From the IMG/VR virus record IMGVR_UViG_3300047649_000011, positions 1 to 59,472 of that record: a DNA stretch of 59,472 nt; one strand, written 5' to 3'. Of this stretch, positions 47,430 to 55,988 are shown one piece after another. A program made the translations under genes and the position numbers. Below the pieces are notes generated by a model. The model had not been told where the DNA came from, did not search any database, and worked only from the letters and a program-made list of their open reading frames with translations. Numbering within the stretch: position 1 is the first letter of the stretch; each line of letters starts with the position of its first letter. Source of the DNA: a virus (taxonomy: Duplodnaviria; Caudoviricetes).

Positions 47430-48140
47430 TTAGATTTTAGCAATCAAAGCTTCTAATTCTGCCGTGATGTTATTGGTCAATGCTGTAACAAGTACAGATT
47501 GAATTGCTTGCAATAAAGCTACTTCGAGAGGATCACGAATTTTATCCACCCATACGCTCGAACCAGTACCCATTTCAGCTTCTAACTTGGCAATTAGCGT
47601 ATTAACCGCTTCGGTGGACGAGTTAGTTACAACAGTGCTTACTTGCGGAACAAGAGCAGTTAACAATGCTCCAACACTTACGGTTGCGGTCATAGTAATC
47701 ACTCCTGTAACTGTAGTATCATCAACAGCGGTAACATTGGCACTTGCGGCAGTGTAGCCAGCTAAAGAAGCAGTAAAAGTATAAGCTCCTGCTGGTAAGT
47801 CACTAACACTAACCAAACCATTTGCATCCGAAGTTGCGCTAACTGCACCCGCGCCGGCAACATCATAACTTACTGCAGCTCCCGATAAAAATGCTCCTGC
47901 ACTATTCTGTACTGTAATATTTACGATTCCATTCATATTTTTCACATCTCCCGTTATTTTTTTTATAATCCACCGCATAAAGCGGGTAAAAACTTGATAA
48001 ATTAAAGGCATAGCTTTGATTGACTCTTCTTCGACAATTGAGATTATCGCTGCCTTCGCGCTTTCAACATCAGCTTGAACAGCAGGTGATTCGGCAAGAT
48101 CAATCAAATAAGGCATGATCTTTGCTCCAATGTCTAACAT
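47430..48140 (-). CDS. Protein with carboxypeptidase-regulatory-like (Cna-B-type) domain in lysis region
   Basis: GA.V......TSDANG.V....LPAG.YT.TAS..GY; possible internal start MNGIV. Confidence 0.55.
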   Translation of the reverse strand: MLDIGAKIMPYLIDLAESPAVQADVESAKAAIISIVEEESIKAMPLIYQVFTRFMRWIIKKITGDVKNMNGIVNITVQNSAGAFLSGAAVSYDVAGAGAVSATSDANGLVSVSDLPAGAYTFTASLAGYTAASANVTAVDDTTVTGVITMTATVSVGALLTALVPQVSTVVTNSSTEAVNTLIAKLEAEMGTGSSVWVDKIRDPLEVALLQAIQSVLVTALTNNITAELEALIAKI

Positions 48141-48142
48141 GG

Positions 48143-48352
48143 CTAGTCCATTATGGCAGTAACGGTTTCATCTGGATTAGCTATGTCACTGTCACAAAGA
48201 TTAACCTTTTTGCCACCTTTTGAAACTTCGAACTTCCCAAATTTTACCTGACTTCCATTAATAAACAAGTCTTTAACATTTGCAAAATTTATCCCATCTG
48301 GCAGTGCATACATACCTGACTGGCCTATACGAGTAAGGGTTACAGCTTTCAT
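48143..48352 (-). CDS. Hypothetical protein
   Basis: GGAGG RBS. Confidence 0.5.
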   Translation of the reverse strand: MKAVTLTRIGQSGMYALPDGINFANVKDLFINGSQVKFGKFEVSKGGKKVNLCDSDIANPDETVTAIMD

Positions 48353-48355
48353 AAT

Positions 48356-48577
48356 TTAGCCCTCCTGAAGTTTTTCTTCAAAATTATTGCACTCTATTTT
48401 TATAGTACCTGCACCTTTGTGTCCCCGGTTAATAGTAGAATTAGTAGCGACATCATAAGTGTTAACTGAATGTATCCCGCAAACCGCTCCGTAAATAAAA
48501 GTACTATCTAAACAACCAGCAGATTTTTTACAGCTACCGCATTTTGAAACTACACTATAAGACATTTTAATTTTCAC
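48356..48577 (-). CDS. Small Cys-rich hypothetical protein
   Basis: AAGGA RBS, CxxC. Confidence 0.5.
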   Translation of the reverse strand: MKIKMSYSVVSKCGSCKKSAGCLDSTFIYGAVCGIHSVNTYDVATNSTINRGHKGAGTIKIECNNFEEKLQEG

Positions 48578-48638
48578 TCCTTTTATTAAAATTTAAGACG
48601 GCTACAATAGTAGCCGCCGGATTAACGCTTATTAAAAT

Positions 48639-49100
48639 TTACTCAATGATTTCCCATTTATCGGAGAACAGCTCAATCATTGTCTCTTTCCAAGGCACCT
48701 TGCCAAAACGACTTTCTACATATAAATAAGGTGCCGTCATTTTGCTGTGTTCCTCTGGAAATTGTGCTCGGATAACAACGTCTGGCTGCCAACTTGGTAG
48801 TCTAAAACCCATGCCCTTTTTAGCGGCTTCAAGAGCTAAGCCGAACGTTAGGCCATCGGTTTTACGATAGGCCTCCTCAAATACTTTCGTTGGAGACCAC
48901 GAAACATAGCCATCCTCGTAAACTACTCTGTAACCTAATTGGGTTTCTGCTCCAAAATTTGCGATTGGTAAGTCAGCTGAAACAATAACCTTAGTTTCTT
49001 CATCTTCTAAAAGCGTTGTCCTATATGCTGGTTCTGCACTAATAATTTTTACTCCAATATACTTTTCCACTTTTACATCGCCCCTTGATTTACATACCAA
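48639..49100 (-). CDS. DUF2829/Tad2-like protein fused to an N-terminal YIG.K..AEP...WSP..VFE.AY domain
   Basis: LTFGLALEA.K.G.....W ... PW......LFS..WE motif. Confidence 0.7.
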   Translation of the reverse strand: MVCKSRGDVKVEKYIGVKIISAEPAYRTTLLEDEETKVIVSADLPIANFGAETQLGYRVVYEDGYVSWSPTKVFEEAYRKTDGLTFGLALEAAKKGMGFRLPSWQPDVVIRAQFPEEHSKMTAPYLYVESRFGKVPWKETMIELFSDKWEIIE

Positions 49101-49696
49101 ATCGCTTTACCTCGTAATGTATCTCCTCCAGACCATGGCGCATCACCTGGCTTTAGGATCCATAGGTCCCAGCGTTCACAATCTCCGCCCTGGGATCTGT
49201 CTGGATTCGGATTAGGACCATACATTCCATTCGGGCAACCATTTGCTTCGTAACCAGGATTTTCACCGTCAAGATTATTACCAGCTTCGGCGTGTGTCAT
49301 AAAGTTTTGCAGGATAATTGGCAAATTCAATGCTTCGGATAATACCGCCATTACCTGTGCTATAGCTTCGATCTGTTGAGCAGTTAAAGGTTCTGGCCCG
49401 AAGTCATCTGTCGTCGCGTTAAACATACACATGGCACCTATGCCAATCGCTCCGGTATTACGCATATAAGTATGCGCTAAAACTGCTGTGAGGTCATCTG
49501 TGGTGGTGTAGAGTGTGCCGTCATGATCAACTAATATGTGATAGTCGGGGAACTGCTGGCCATAATGGCCGGCTGTCCAATGGAGATAAACTTTGCTGAT
49601 TTGACCGGCAACGCCTTGTGCCATAGCTTTTAACTGAGCTAAAGTTATTTGCATAATTTCTCCTTCCTTATTTGTGAAAGATAATATAAAAACCAC
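49073..49696 (-). CDS. Endolysin, N-acetylmuramoyl-L-alanine amidase
   Basis: YLHWTAG.Y, YH..VD.DG, HT..RNTG.IGI, THAEA; probable start MQITL. Confidence 0.85.
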   Translation of the reverse strand: MVFILSFTNKEGEIMQITLAQLKAMAQGVAGQISKVYLHWTAGHYGQQFPDYHILVDHDGTLYTTTDDLTAVLAHTYMRNTGAIGIGAMCMFNATTDDFGPEPLTAQQIEAIAQVMAVLSEALNLPIILQNFMTHAEAGNNLDGENPGYEANGCPNGMYGPNPNPDRSQGGDCERWDLWILKPGDAPWSGGDTLRGKAIWYVNQGAM

Positions 49697-49958
49697 CCAT
49701 ACTGATAAAATTTATTACCGCCGCTATTATTGCAGTGGTTAAAAAATCTAATCTTTTGGCTGGCTGCTTCATTAATGATTCAACATTTTTTGTCAAGTCT
49801 TCAACCATTTTACAAAGGTATTTTAGACTTTCCTCTGTTCTTACTTGACTTATGGCAAGAGCATTACTTTGACTAAACAGTATACTAATATTGCCTTCAC
49901 ATTTGGTTACCCTTTTCTCCAGCTCGGCATAAATCAGCGAATCATCCATTGTAATCAC
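49668..49958 (-). CDS. Holin-like coiled-coil + C-terminal TM protein
   Basis: XhlA-like architecture directly upstream of endolysin. Confidence 0.55.
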   Translation of the reverse strand: MITMDDSLIYAELEKRVTKCEGNISILFSQSNALAISQVRTEESLKYLCKMVEDLTKNVESLMKQPAKRLDFLTTAIIAAVINFISMGGFYIIFHK

Positions 49959-50070
49959 CGCCGCTTGGATAGCTTGGTGATCTTGGAGGTCTTGGCCTTC
50001 TAGGGGGCATTGGTGCGGCAGGGGCTAACGGGGCTTCGGGAGATTTTATATCATCATCGTATGTTGTCAT
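49942..50070 (-). CDS. 42-aa Pro/Arg-rich peptide, not in ORF track
   Basis: ATGA-coupled; MTTYDDDIKSPEAPLAPAAPMPPRRPRPPRSPSYPSGGDYNG. Confidence 0.45.
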   Translation of the reverse strand: MTTYDDDIKSPEAPLAPAAPMPPRRPRPPRSPSYPSGGDYNG

Positions 50071-50315
50071 CTAACACCACCACCTTTTATACTGATATTA
50101 GGGTTACTATTGCTGTTTTGAGACTGAACTTGATTGATTTCAGGATAGGAGTTGCTATTGTAAAAATAAAAATATGCGATTGCAGACATGCACAACGAAA
50201 AGGAAAGTGTCATGACTATTATCGCGGTTATTAATCGCTTATTGATTGTATTAGCAGCTGTTATTGCTGCCATAGCAAGTTCAAGCGATTTGGCTAACTG
50301 CTCATCTATACTCAT
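50067..50315 (-). CDS. Single-TM membrane protein in lysis region
   Basis: GGGAGG RBS, one hydrophobic helix. Confidence 0.55.
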   Translation of the reverse strand: MSIDEQLAKSLELAMAAITAANTINKRLITAIIVMTLSFSLCMSAIAYFYFYNSNSYPEINQVQSQNSNSNPNISIKGGGVR

Positions 50316-50329
50316 TTCGAGCCTCCCTT

Positions 50330-53300
50330 CTATTGACCAAAAAGGGACTTCCTAATGGTGTTATATTTCACTCGATCATCAGGTGTAGCCCCTTTCTTTA
50401 TTTTATTAGCTATTTTTTTAATCACAAGCTGTTTTAACTGTGCTTGTTCTTGTGGAGTTCCGGCCTTATATATTTCAAGCGCATCGTCAATGTCCATGTT
50501 GTGAATTTGTTGCTGTAAAGGAGTCATTCCTTTTAATTCGTTTAAATGAGTTGCTTGTGCTTTGCTGATTGCACCAGAATGTAATGCTTGTACAAGACTA
50601 GTAGTATTGCCACTTTGTAGGTCACGCCTAATTTTGGTTTCAAGATCAGATGTGTTGGCTTGTGCTGTTGTCTTGCCCTGCGCTTCGCCGAATCTGCGTT
50701 GATTAATTTCAGTAGCTAATTGTTCAGCATCTGTTTTATTAATGTCATGAGGAGCAGGAGTAACACCAACCATAGGTAAAGCCTGTTTTAAAGAAGTAGG
50801 AACAAATTTATTAATAAACTCTCTGCCAAGATAGTTAGGATTAAGATACCCTAAAACTGTAGTAGGCTTAGGATTATCTAATGTTTTATTTTCTGAGTCT
50901 TTAATTTTTTGCAATCCTTGTGAACTAAAAGGGACTACTTGGCCAGCTAAGTATTTGCCAACTTCTCCTGCTTTCTGCACTAACGTGTCAGCAGGATGAT
51001 AAATTTCTTTACCAAAATAATCCTTGTTACTGTACATTTCAGCCAATGTTTGAAAAAACGGATTAAGTTTACTGGATCCGTTTTCAACAAGTGCATGTCC
51101 TAAACCGTGCTGCCCCGCCCTATGTGCTACTGCGTATACATCTTTTGCATATGATGGCAGTGAAACACGTTCGGCATTCCCGTTTTCGTCTGTACCACCG
51201 ATTCTAGGAAAGAAATAGTCACGCCAATCTTTAGGATTCTGACCAGTTGCAAGGCGTGTGATAATGCTGCCAGTAACAACGGTAGACAGAGTTAATGCTG
51301 CTAGGTAAGATGTCCTATGGCTAAATTCCATAGGCTTACCTCTCACTAAGTCAATTGGCATTGCACCAAGGTCAACTAATCCCCCGCCAAGTTCACGCCA
51401 TGTGCCTAAATTCCAACCTACTGAGCGAGTACCAAGCATTAGACCGTCTTTTAACATCTTATTCCAAAATAAATTATCATAGACAAGTTGTCCTAGCCGA
51501 TTATCTACACTATCCCATACCTTACGTGCAGATTCGCGAATTTGATCATGCGTCATATTCGGATTTTTCTTTAACTCGTATTCCATCATAGAAGCTGCAA
51601 CGCCCAATTTTTGCCGAGGTACAACTTCTTCCATGATGATTCGAGGTATCGTTCTAATGAAGTTCCACGGTAAAATTTGTTTAGCCGCCCATGCGCCGGC
51701 CGTTCCATAATTGCCATTATTCATGTTAGCTAAAGTATCTTTCATTTCTTGTGAGAATCGTTGTTCACCAGTTTTAGCATAAAACGAATCCATTCTTGCT
51801 CTAGCTCCACCGCTCGACAATGCATCCATGATTTGTGTTACTTCTCCACCTTGACTTCCTGGCTTATACCATTCTTTAAGGTATTTACTACCTTTCATAG
51901 CTGTTAAAACAGGTGCTGCTAATGGTGTTGCTGCTTCAATAGTAGATTTTAAAGCTCCTCCTGCAAATTGTCCGGCAGTTTTTATATTACCTTTTCTTAG
52001 TTCGTTTGTTGCTGTAGAGCTCTGTTTCATAGCAAGTGCCAATTTTGAAACCATCGTATCGTAAGAAGTGAAACCTAGATGGAAAGCACTTATGCCAAGC
52101 TGAAATTGGTTAAGTTGATTTCCTGCACTTCTAGCCATGTCATATAGTCCATTTCCTCTAAGTCCGGGAGACAGGTAATTGTTAAGTAGTTTTGCTGCAT
52201 CTGGATGAGCCCAAAACCTACCACCATCTCCTACTTGCGTTCCTACCGGCACCCAGTCGGGATGAGCAGAAGGTCTAGCATTCGAAAATTCACCTAATCC
52301 GTTACTTTTTAACTCATTTTCAACTTTATGAGCCATGATATACTTATCCATTTCGCGAATTTTAAGTAATGCTAGATCAATAGGATTGTTTGTAACAGGC
52401 TGTAACGGTCTTCCTATACGTGAATCAGGCGTTTGCGCGGCTAATGATTCAGCATCTGCTTGATTCGGGAACGATTGAATCATATTATTATCTTTGTCAT
52501 ATACACGCCAACTAAGACCATCATCAGTAGTCGGTATTGTCCGCTGTTTTGTAAATGCTTTGGAACCTTCTAACGGCCTTTTACCAGTCCAACCAGCAAA
52601 ATCCATTTCTGCTGCATTAGGGTCTTTCCATATGTGAGGGAAATAGTTGTCAATCAAAGTTTGAAGCTTGCCAGTTCCTAATTTGCGGACTTCTTCTACA
52701 CGTTGATCAAAAAGAGCTTTTAAAATCATTGCCGTAGGGCGTAATTCTTTTGGAATGTCTTGTATTCTTCCGTGCTCATAGTCACTAGTAAACTTAATAG
52801 CTTCTGTCTCTGGCACTTTGTCGAAATACATTCTAGTTTTGTGCATAGCATCTTCGGCAATATCATATTTTCGTGCCATTTCAGACATATTTTCACGCAT
52901 TGACCGTCCAGCAAGCCCTGCTTCATCCGATACAGAAGCAGCAGAAAATGCTTGGCGAATATCGCGAAATGCTTTCTTTGTTGAGTCATAAATATCATTT
53001 AACATTTGAAACTTTTGTTGTTGGTTAGCAAACAACTGTTGCGCCACTTGCTGAGACATTGGTCTTTCAGGCGCGACTAAATCAGGATGTTCGCTCGGTA
53101 TTACTGATTCATTGAGCTGTCTGGTTGTAGGCTGCTCATGCTCGGCATTTGCGGTGTCGCCGGAGTTGATGGTGCTTGCGGTGTTGGTGATAAGCTTGGC
53201 ATTGACGATAGGTTCATTAGGCTCTGACCTGATCCCATTGGCGATGATGTTCCCGTTCCCCGTCTGCCCCGTCCCGATTTTGGCATTCCTGGCATTTTGG

Positions 53301-55603
53301 GAGTTTTCAAGCGGGATGATCGGAGATGTGGCATTTTGGGGATTCGGGGCTTCTTGATTCGCGTTGACAGTCGTTTCATTTGGCATTACTCCCTTTGGTT
53401 CATAATAATCATTTACTACTTTCTTTACATCATCGCGAGACGTTAACTTACCGGCATCTTGCAAATTTCTTAATAATTGCTCAACACTTTTATTTCCCAT
53501 TCGATTTATTTTTTTGCCATTTTGTACATTTTTCCACATTGAATCAATAAAACTATCATTTACAGCATTACCTAATCCATTGAATACATTAGCAAGCCCG
53601 GTTGTATCATTTGGTTGTTTCTGTAAATCTGGATATTCTGCTAATACTTCCGGTGGTACTGGCTTTCCTTCTGACAAAGCCTGTTGAACAATAGCTCTAT
53701 GACTTACATCAAAATTTTTAAACTTGTCTAGGCCGTTTTTATTGAAGTAAGAGTAAATTGCGGGTAATCCTTGTTTTAATCGTTCAGGGTTCTTGTAATA
53801 ATCATCAAGCAACGCCTGTGCGTTTTCTTCCCACGTAGGAATATCGTTTTTCCCTTGCGTCTCAGGATCAGTGTAATCATGAGGGCGATTTTCTTTTAAA
53901 TAATTTTGGACTGATTGTTCACGTGCAGGAGTATATACCTTATCCCAATTTGGCAAATGATTATCAATAATTACGTGCCTAAGTTCATGGGAAAAAACGT
54001 CATCAGAGTCAATACCACGTTCGCGATGGACAGTTTTTGTTTCTACATTTGCGCCGGCAGCAACACCTGATTTTTCGTTAGGAGTAAACTCAGTAGACCA
54101 ATTAGGAGCTAACTGATTAAGGCGATGAGTGTCGTAATCTTCATTTGTCATCTGCCATAATTGTTTTGTTGGTTCAGCGGGATGTTCATCTGACTTCGTT
54201 GCTTCGGCTTGTGCAATATTTGCGGATTGCTCTGGCTGATTTGTTTTTTGCTCGTTTGCTTCAATCGCTTCTTTTGCCGTTTGTAGCTCGGTTTCTGGTA
54301 CGGCGGTAGAAACGTTAGGAATAGATTTTTTCGCTTCTCCTGTGGCTTCTGGTGAAGTATTAGGAGGAGTTGAAGTGGCTTGCTTTTCTTCGGGAACATT
54401 AGCTGGAGCTTTCCAATTATCTAAAGGGCTTGCAGAGGTTTCGGTGGCAGTAATAGCTTCGGGGGCCGAAGGTACTTCTAATTTATTAAACTGCCTATCA
54501 ATAGCAGTATCGGCAATTTTGTTTGCTGCTGATTTAAGTGGATGCTCTAAGATAGCAGCAGGCATAAAAACTTTTTGCCATAATTTTGTAGGGTCATTTG
54601 CTATTTCTCCTACAAATTGACCCGGCTGTGTTATAACTTCTTTTACTTGGTCAACTATAGGATTAACAAGCGTTTCCTTGGCTGTATTAGCAAATGCTTC
54701 TAAAGGTGATGGCTGTTTAGACTTGCCAGACCACATGTCAAGCGGTGAAGCTGAACCTGTGGCCTTTGAATTCTTCTCGTAGGATTGTGCTACGTCATGC
54801 ACAAGATTAGGCAAATAAGCCACGCCTGCCGCTGCCCTTATTGGAGCAGGTACAAAAGGCGTAATAGCCAGATTGCCAGCAGGAGTGCCAACAATGTCTC
54901 TGTAGGCTTGTGACGAAGTTTCGGTTTGTTGAGGAGTATTCTTCGCATTAGGATCATTCCAAGCATTCTCTACTGTTAAAGGTGCTTGACCAGTATTTTC
55001 TCTTGCTTTGTTTGCAGCTATATTTGCCGCTTGTAGGTTGGCGATATCTTCTTTCGCTGTATCAACGTAACGCTTTCCTGCTGAAATAACATTATCAATA
55101 GTAGGAACGCCTGTATAAGTTTCTTGTTGCTTGTCAGCTGGTGAATTATTACCGATCCATGCAATGTCGTTGTCAGGATTTAACCCTGAGTCTCTAAATT
55201 GCTGAAGTTCACCAGATTTTTCGTAATAGTTTACTTTTTGTTGACGTTCGGTAGAAGTTGAACTGTTGGCAATATCGGCTAGTACGTTCTGATAACGGTC
55301 GTTCCACGCTGTTACTGCATCAGTATTATCTGTTTGCGTCGAAGATTGATTTTGCTGTAAAGATGGTTCGGGGAATGAAGCTGCCTGTTGATTATTATTT
55401 GCACCGCCAATATACGCGATATCATTATCGGGGTTCAGTCCCGAATCTCTAAATTGTTGTAATTCACCGCTTTTCTCATAGTAATTTACCTTTTGCTGTC
55501 TCTCAGCATCTGAAGAGCTATTAGCTATGTCGGCTAATACATTATTATATCTGTCTTGCCATGCTTGCACCGCATTATAATCAACATCAGCCATTAAGTT
55601 CAC
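50330..55603 (-). CDS. Large ejection / polyvalent protein (1757 aa)
   Basis: Last of three ejection-type genes; HELRH zincin motif; LPD38-like C-terminal region. Confidence 0.7.
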   Translation of the reverse strand: MNLMADVDYNAVQAWQDRYNNVLADIANSSSDAERQQKVNYYEKSGELQQFRDSGLNPDNDIAYIGGANNNQQAASFPEPSLQQNQSSTQTDNTDAVTAWNDRYQNVLADIANSSTSTERQQKVNYYEKSGELQQFRDSGLNPDNDIAWIGNNSPADKQQETYTGVPTIDNVISAGKRYVDTAKEDIANLQAANIAANKARENTGQAPLTVENAWNDPNAKNTPQQTETSSQAYRDIVGTPAGNLAITPFVPAPIRAAAGVAYLPNLVHDVAQSYEKNSKATGSASPLDMWSGKSKQPSPLEAFANTAKETLVNPIVDQVKEVITQPGQFVGEIANDPTKLWQKVFMPAAILEHPLKSAANKIADTAIDRQFNKLEVPSAPEAITATETSASPLDNWKAPANVPEEKQATSTPPNTSPEATGEAKKSIPNVSTAVPETELQTAKEAIEANEQKTNQPEQSANIAQAEATKSDEHPAEPTKQLWQMTNEDYDTHRLNQLAPNWSTEFTPNEKSGVAAGANVETKTVHRERGIDSDDVFSHELRHVIIDNHLPNWDKVYTPAREQSVQNYLKENRPHDYTDPETQGKNDIPTWEENAQALLDDYYKNPERLKQGLPAIYSYFNKNGLDKFKNFDVSHRAIVQQALSEGKPVPPEVLAEYPDLQKQPNDTTGLANVFNGLGNAVNDSFIDSMWKNVQNGKKINRMGNKSVEQLLRNLQDAGKLTSRDDVKKVVNDYYEPKGVMPNETTVNANQEAPNPQNATSPIIPLENSQNARNAKIGTGQTGNGNIIANGIRSEPNEPIVNAKLITNTASTINSGDTANAEHEQPTTRQLNESVIPSEHPDLVAPERPMSQQVAQQLFANQQQKFQMLNDIYDSTKKAFRDIRQAFSAASVSDEAGLAGRSMRENMSEMARKYDIAEDAMHKTRMYFDKVPETEAIKFTSDYEHGRIQDIPKELRPTAMILKALFDQRVEEVRKLGTGKLQTLIDNYFPHIWKDPNAAEMDFAGWTGKRPLEGSKAFTKQRTIPTTDDGLSWRVYDKDNNMIQSFPNQADAESLAAQTPDSRIGRPLQPVTNNPIDLALLKIREMDKYIMAHKVENELKSNGLGEFSNARPSAHPDWVPVGTQVGDGGRFWAHPDAAKLLNNYLSPGLRGNGLYDMARSAGNQLNQFQLGISAFHLGFTSYDTMVSKLALAMKQSSTATNELRKGNIKTAGQFAGGALKSTIEAATPLAAPVLTAMKGSKYLKEWYKPGSQGGEVTQIMDALSSGGARARMDSFYAKTGEQRFSQEMKDTLANMNNGNYGTAGAWAAKQILPWNFIRTIPRIIMEEVVPRQKLGVAASMMEYELKKNPNMTHDQIRESARKVWDSVDNRLGQLVYDNLFWNKMLKDGLMLGTRSVGWNLGTWRELGGGLVDLGAMPIDLVRGKPMEFSHRTSYLAALTLSTVVTGSIITRLATGQNPKDWRDYFFPRIGGTDENGNAERVSLPSYAKDVYAVAHRAGQHGLGHALVENGSSKLNPFFQTLAEMYSNKDYFGKEIYHPADTLVQKAGEVGKYLAGQVVPFSSQGLQKIKDSENKTLDNPKPTTVLGYLNPNYLGREFINKFVPTSLKQALPMVGVTPAPHDINKTDAEQLATEINQRRFGEAQGKTTAQANTSDLETKIRRDLQSGNTTSLVQALHSGAISKAQATHLNELKGMTPLQQQIHNMDIDDALEIYKAGTPQEQAQLKQLVIKKIANKIKKGATPDDRVKYNTIRKSLFGQ
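53101..53379 (-). CDS. Putative overprinted 92-aa basic, Pro/Met/Ser-rich protein
   Basis: Alternative frame with AAGGGAG RBS; local GC and codon anomaly in host frame. Confidence 0.5.
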   Translation of the reverse strand: MKRLSTRIKKPRIPKMPHLRSSRLKTPKMPGMPKSGRGRRGTGTSSPMGSGQSLMNLSSMPSLSPTPQAPSTPATPQMPSMSSLQPDSSMNQ

Positions 55604-55988
55604 CCCCGTTTAAGAAATCCATGTAAGTGCTATATCGGGATCAATATTTTGTGATACTAAATAATCCCGATTGTCGTTAATCCATTGACGTGCTGCATCT
55701 GGTCCGTTTTGATTAATTTCATCATTTAAAGCGTTTTGAAAGTTTTGCATTACATCACTGACACCTTGGTCTTGCTGTTGACCACCATTGTTGTCATTGC
55801 TTTGCTGTTGATTATTATTTGCACCGCCAATGTATGCAATGTCGTTGTCAGGGTCTAAACCTGAATCTCTAAATTGTTGCAATTCACCGTTTTTCTCATA
55901 ATAACTAACCTTTTGCTGCCTTTCAGCATCTGAGCTACTATTAGCTATATCGGCTAATACATTATTGTATCTGTCTCGCCACGCTTGT
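55148..55988 (-). repeat. Three copies of a ~55-60 codon module across two genes
   Basis: AW.DRY.NVLADIANSS...ERQQKV.YYEK.GELQQFRDSGL.PDNDIA at ~55148-55311, 55385-55568, 55805-55988. Confidence 0.9.

Noticed and set aside
12246-55603. Genome-wide TAG reassignment (genetic code 15) as explanation of the terL amber
   Set aside because: TAG terminates terL itself (12246), the 47-aa ORF (12088) and the 1757-aa gene (50330); other long late ORFs have no internal TAG; no CUA-anticodon tRNA is present
55148-55988. Diversity-generating retroelement TR/VR pair
   Set aside because: No reverse transcriptase; differences are mostly synonymous and not adenine-specific; all copies are coding
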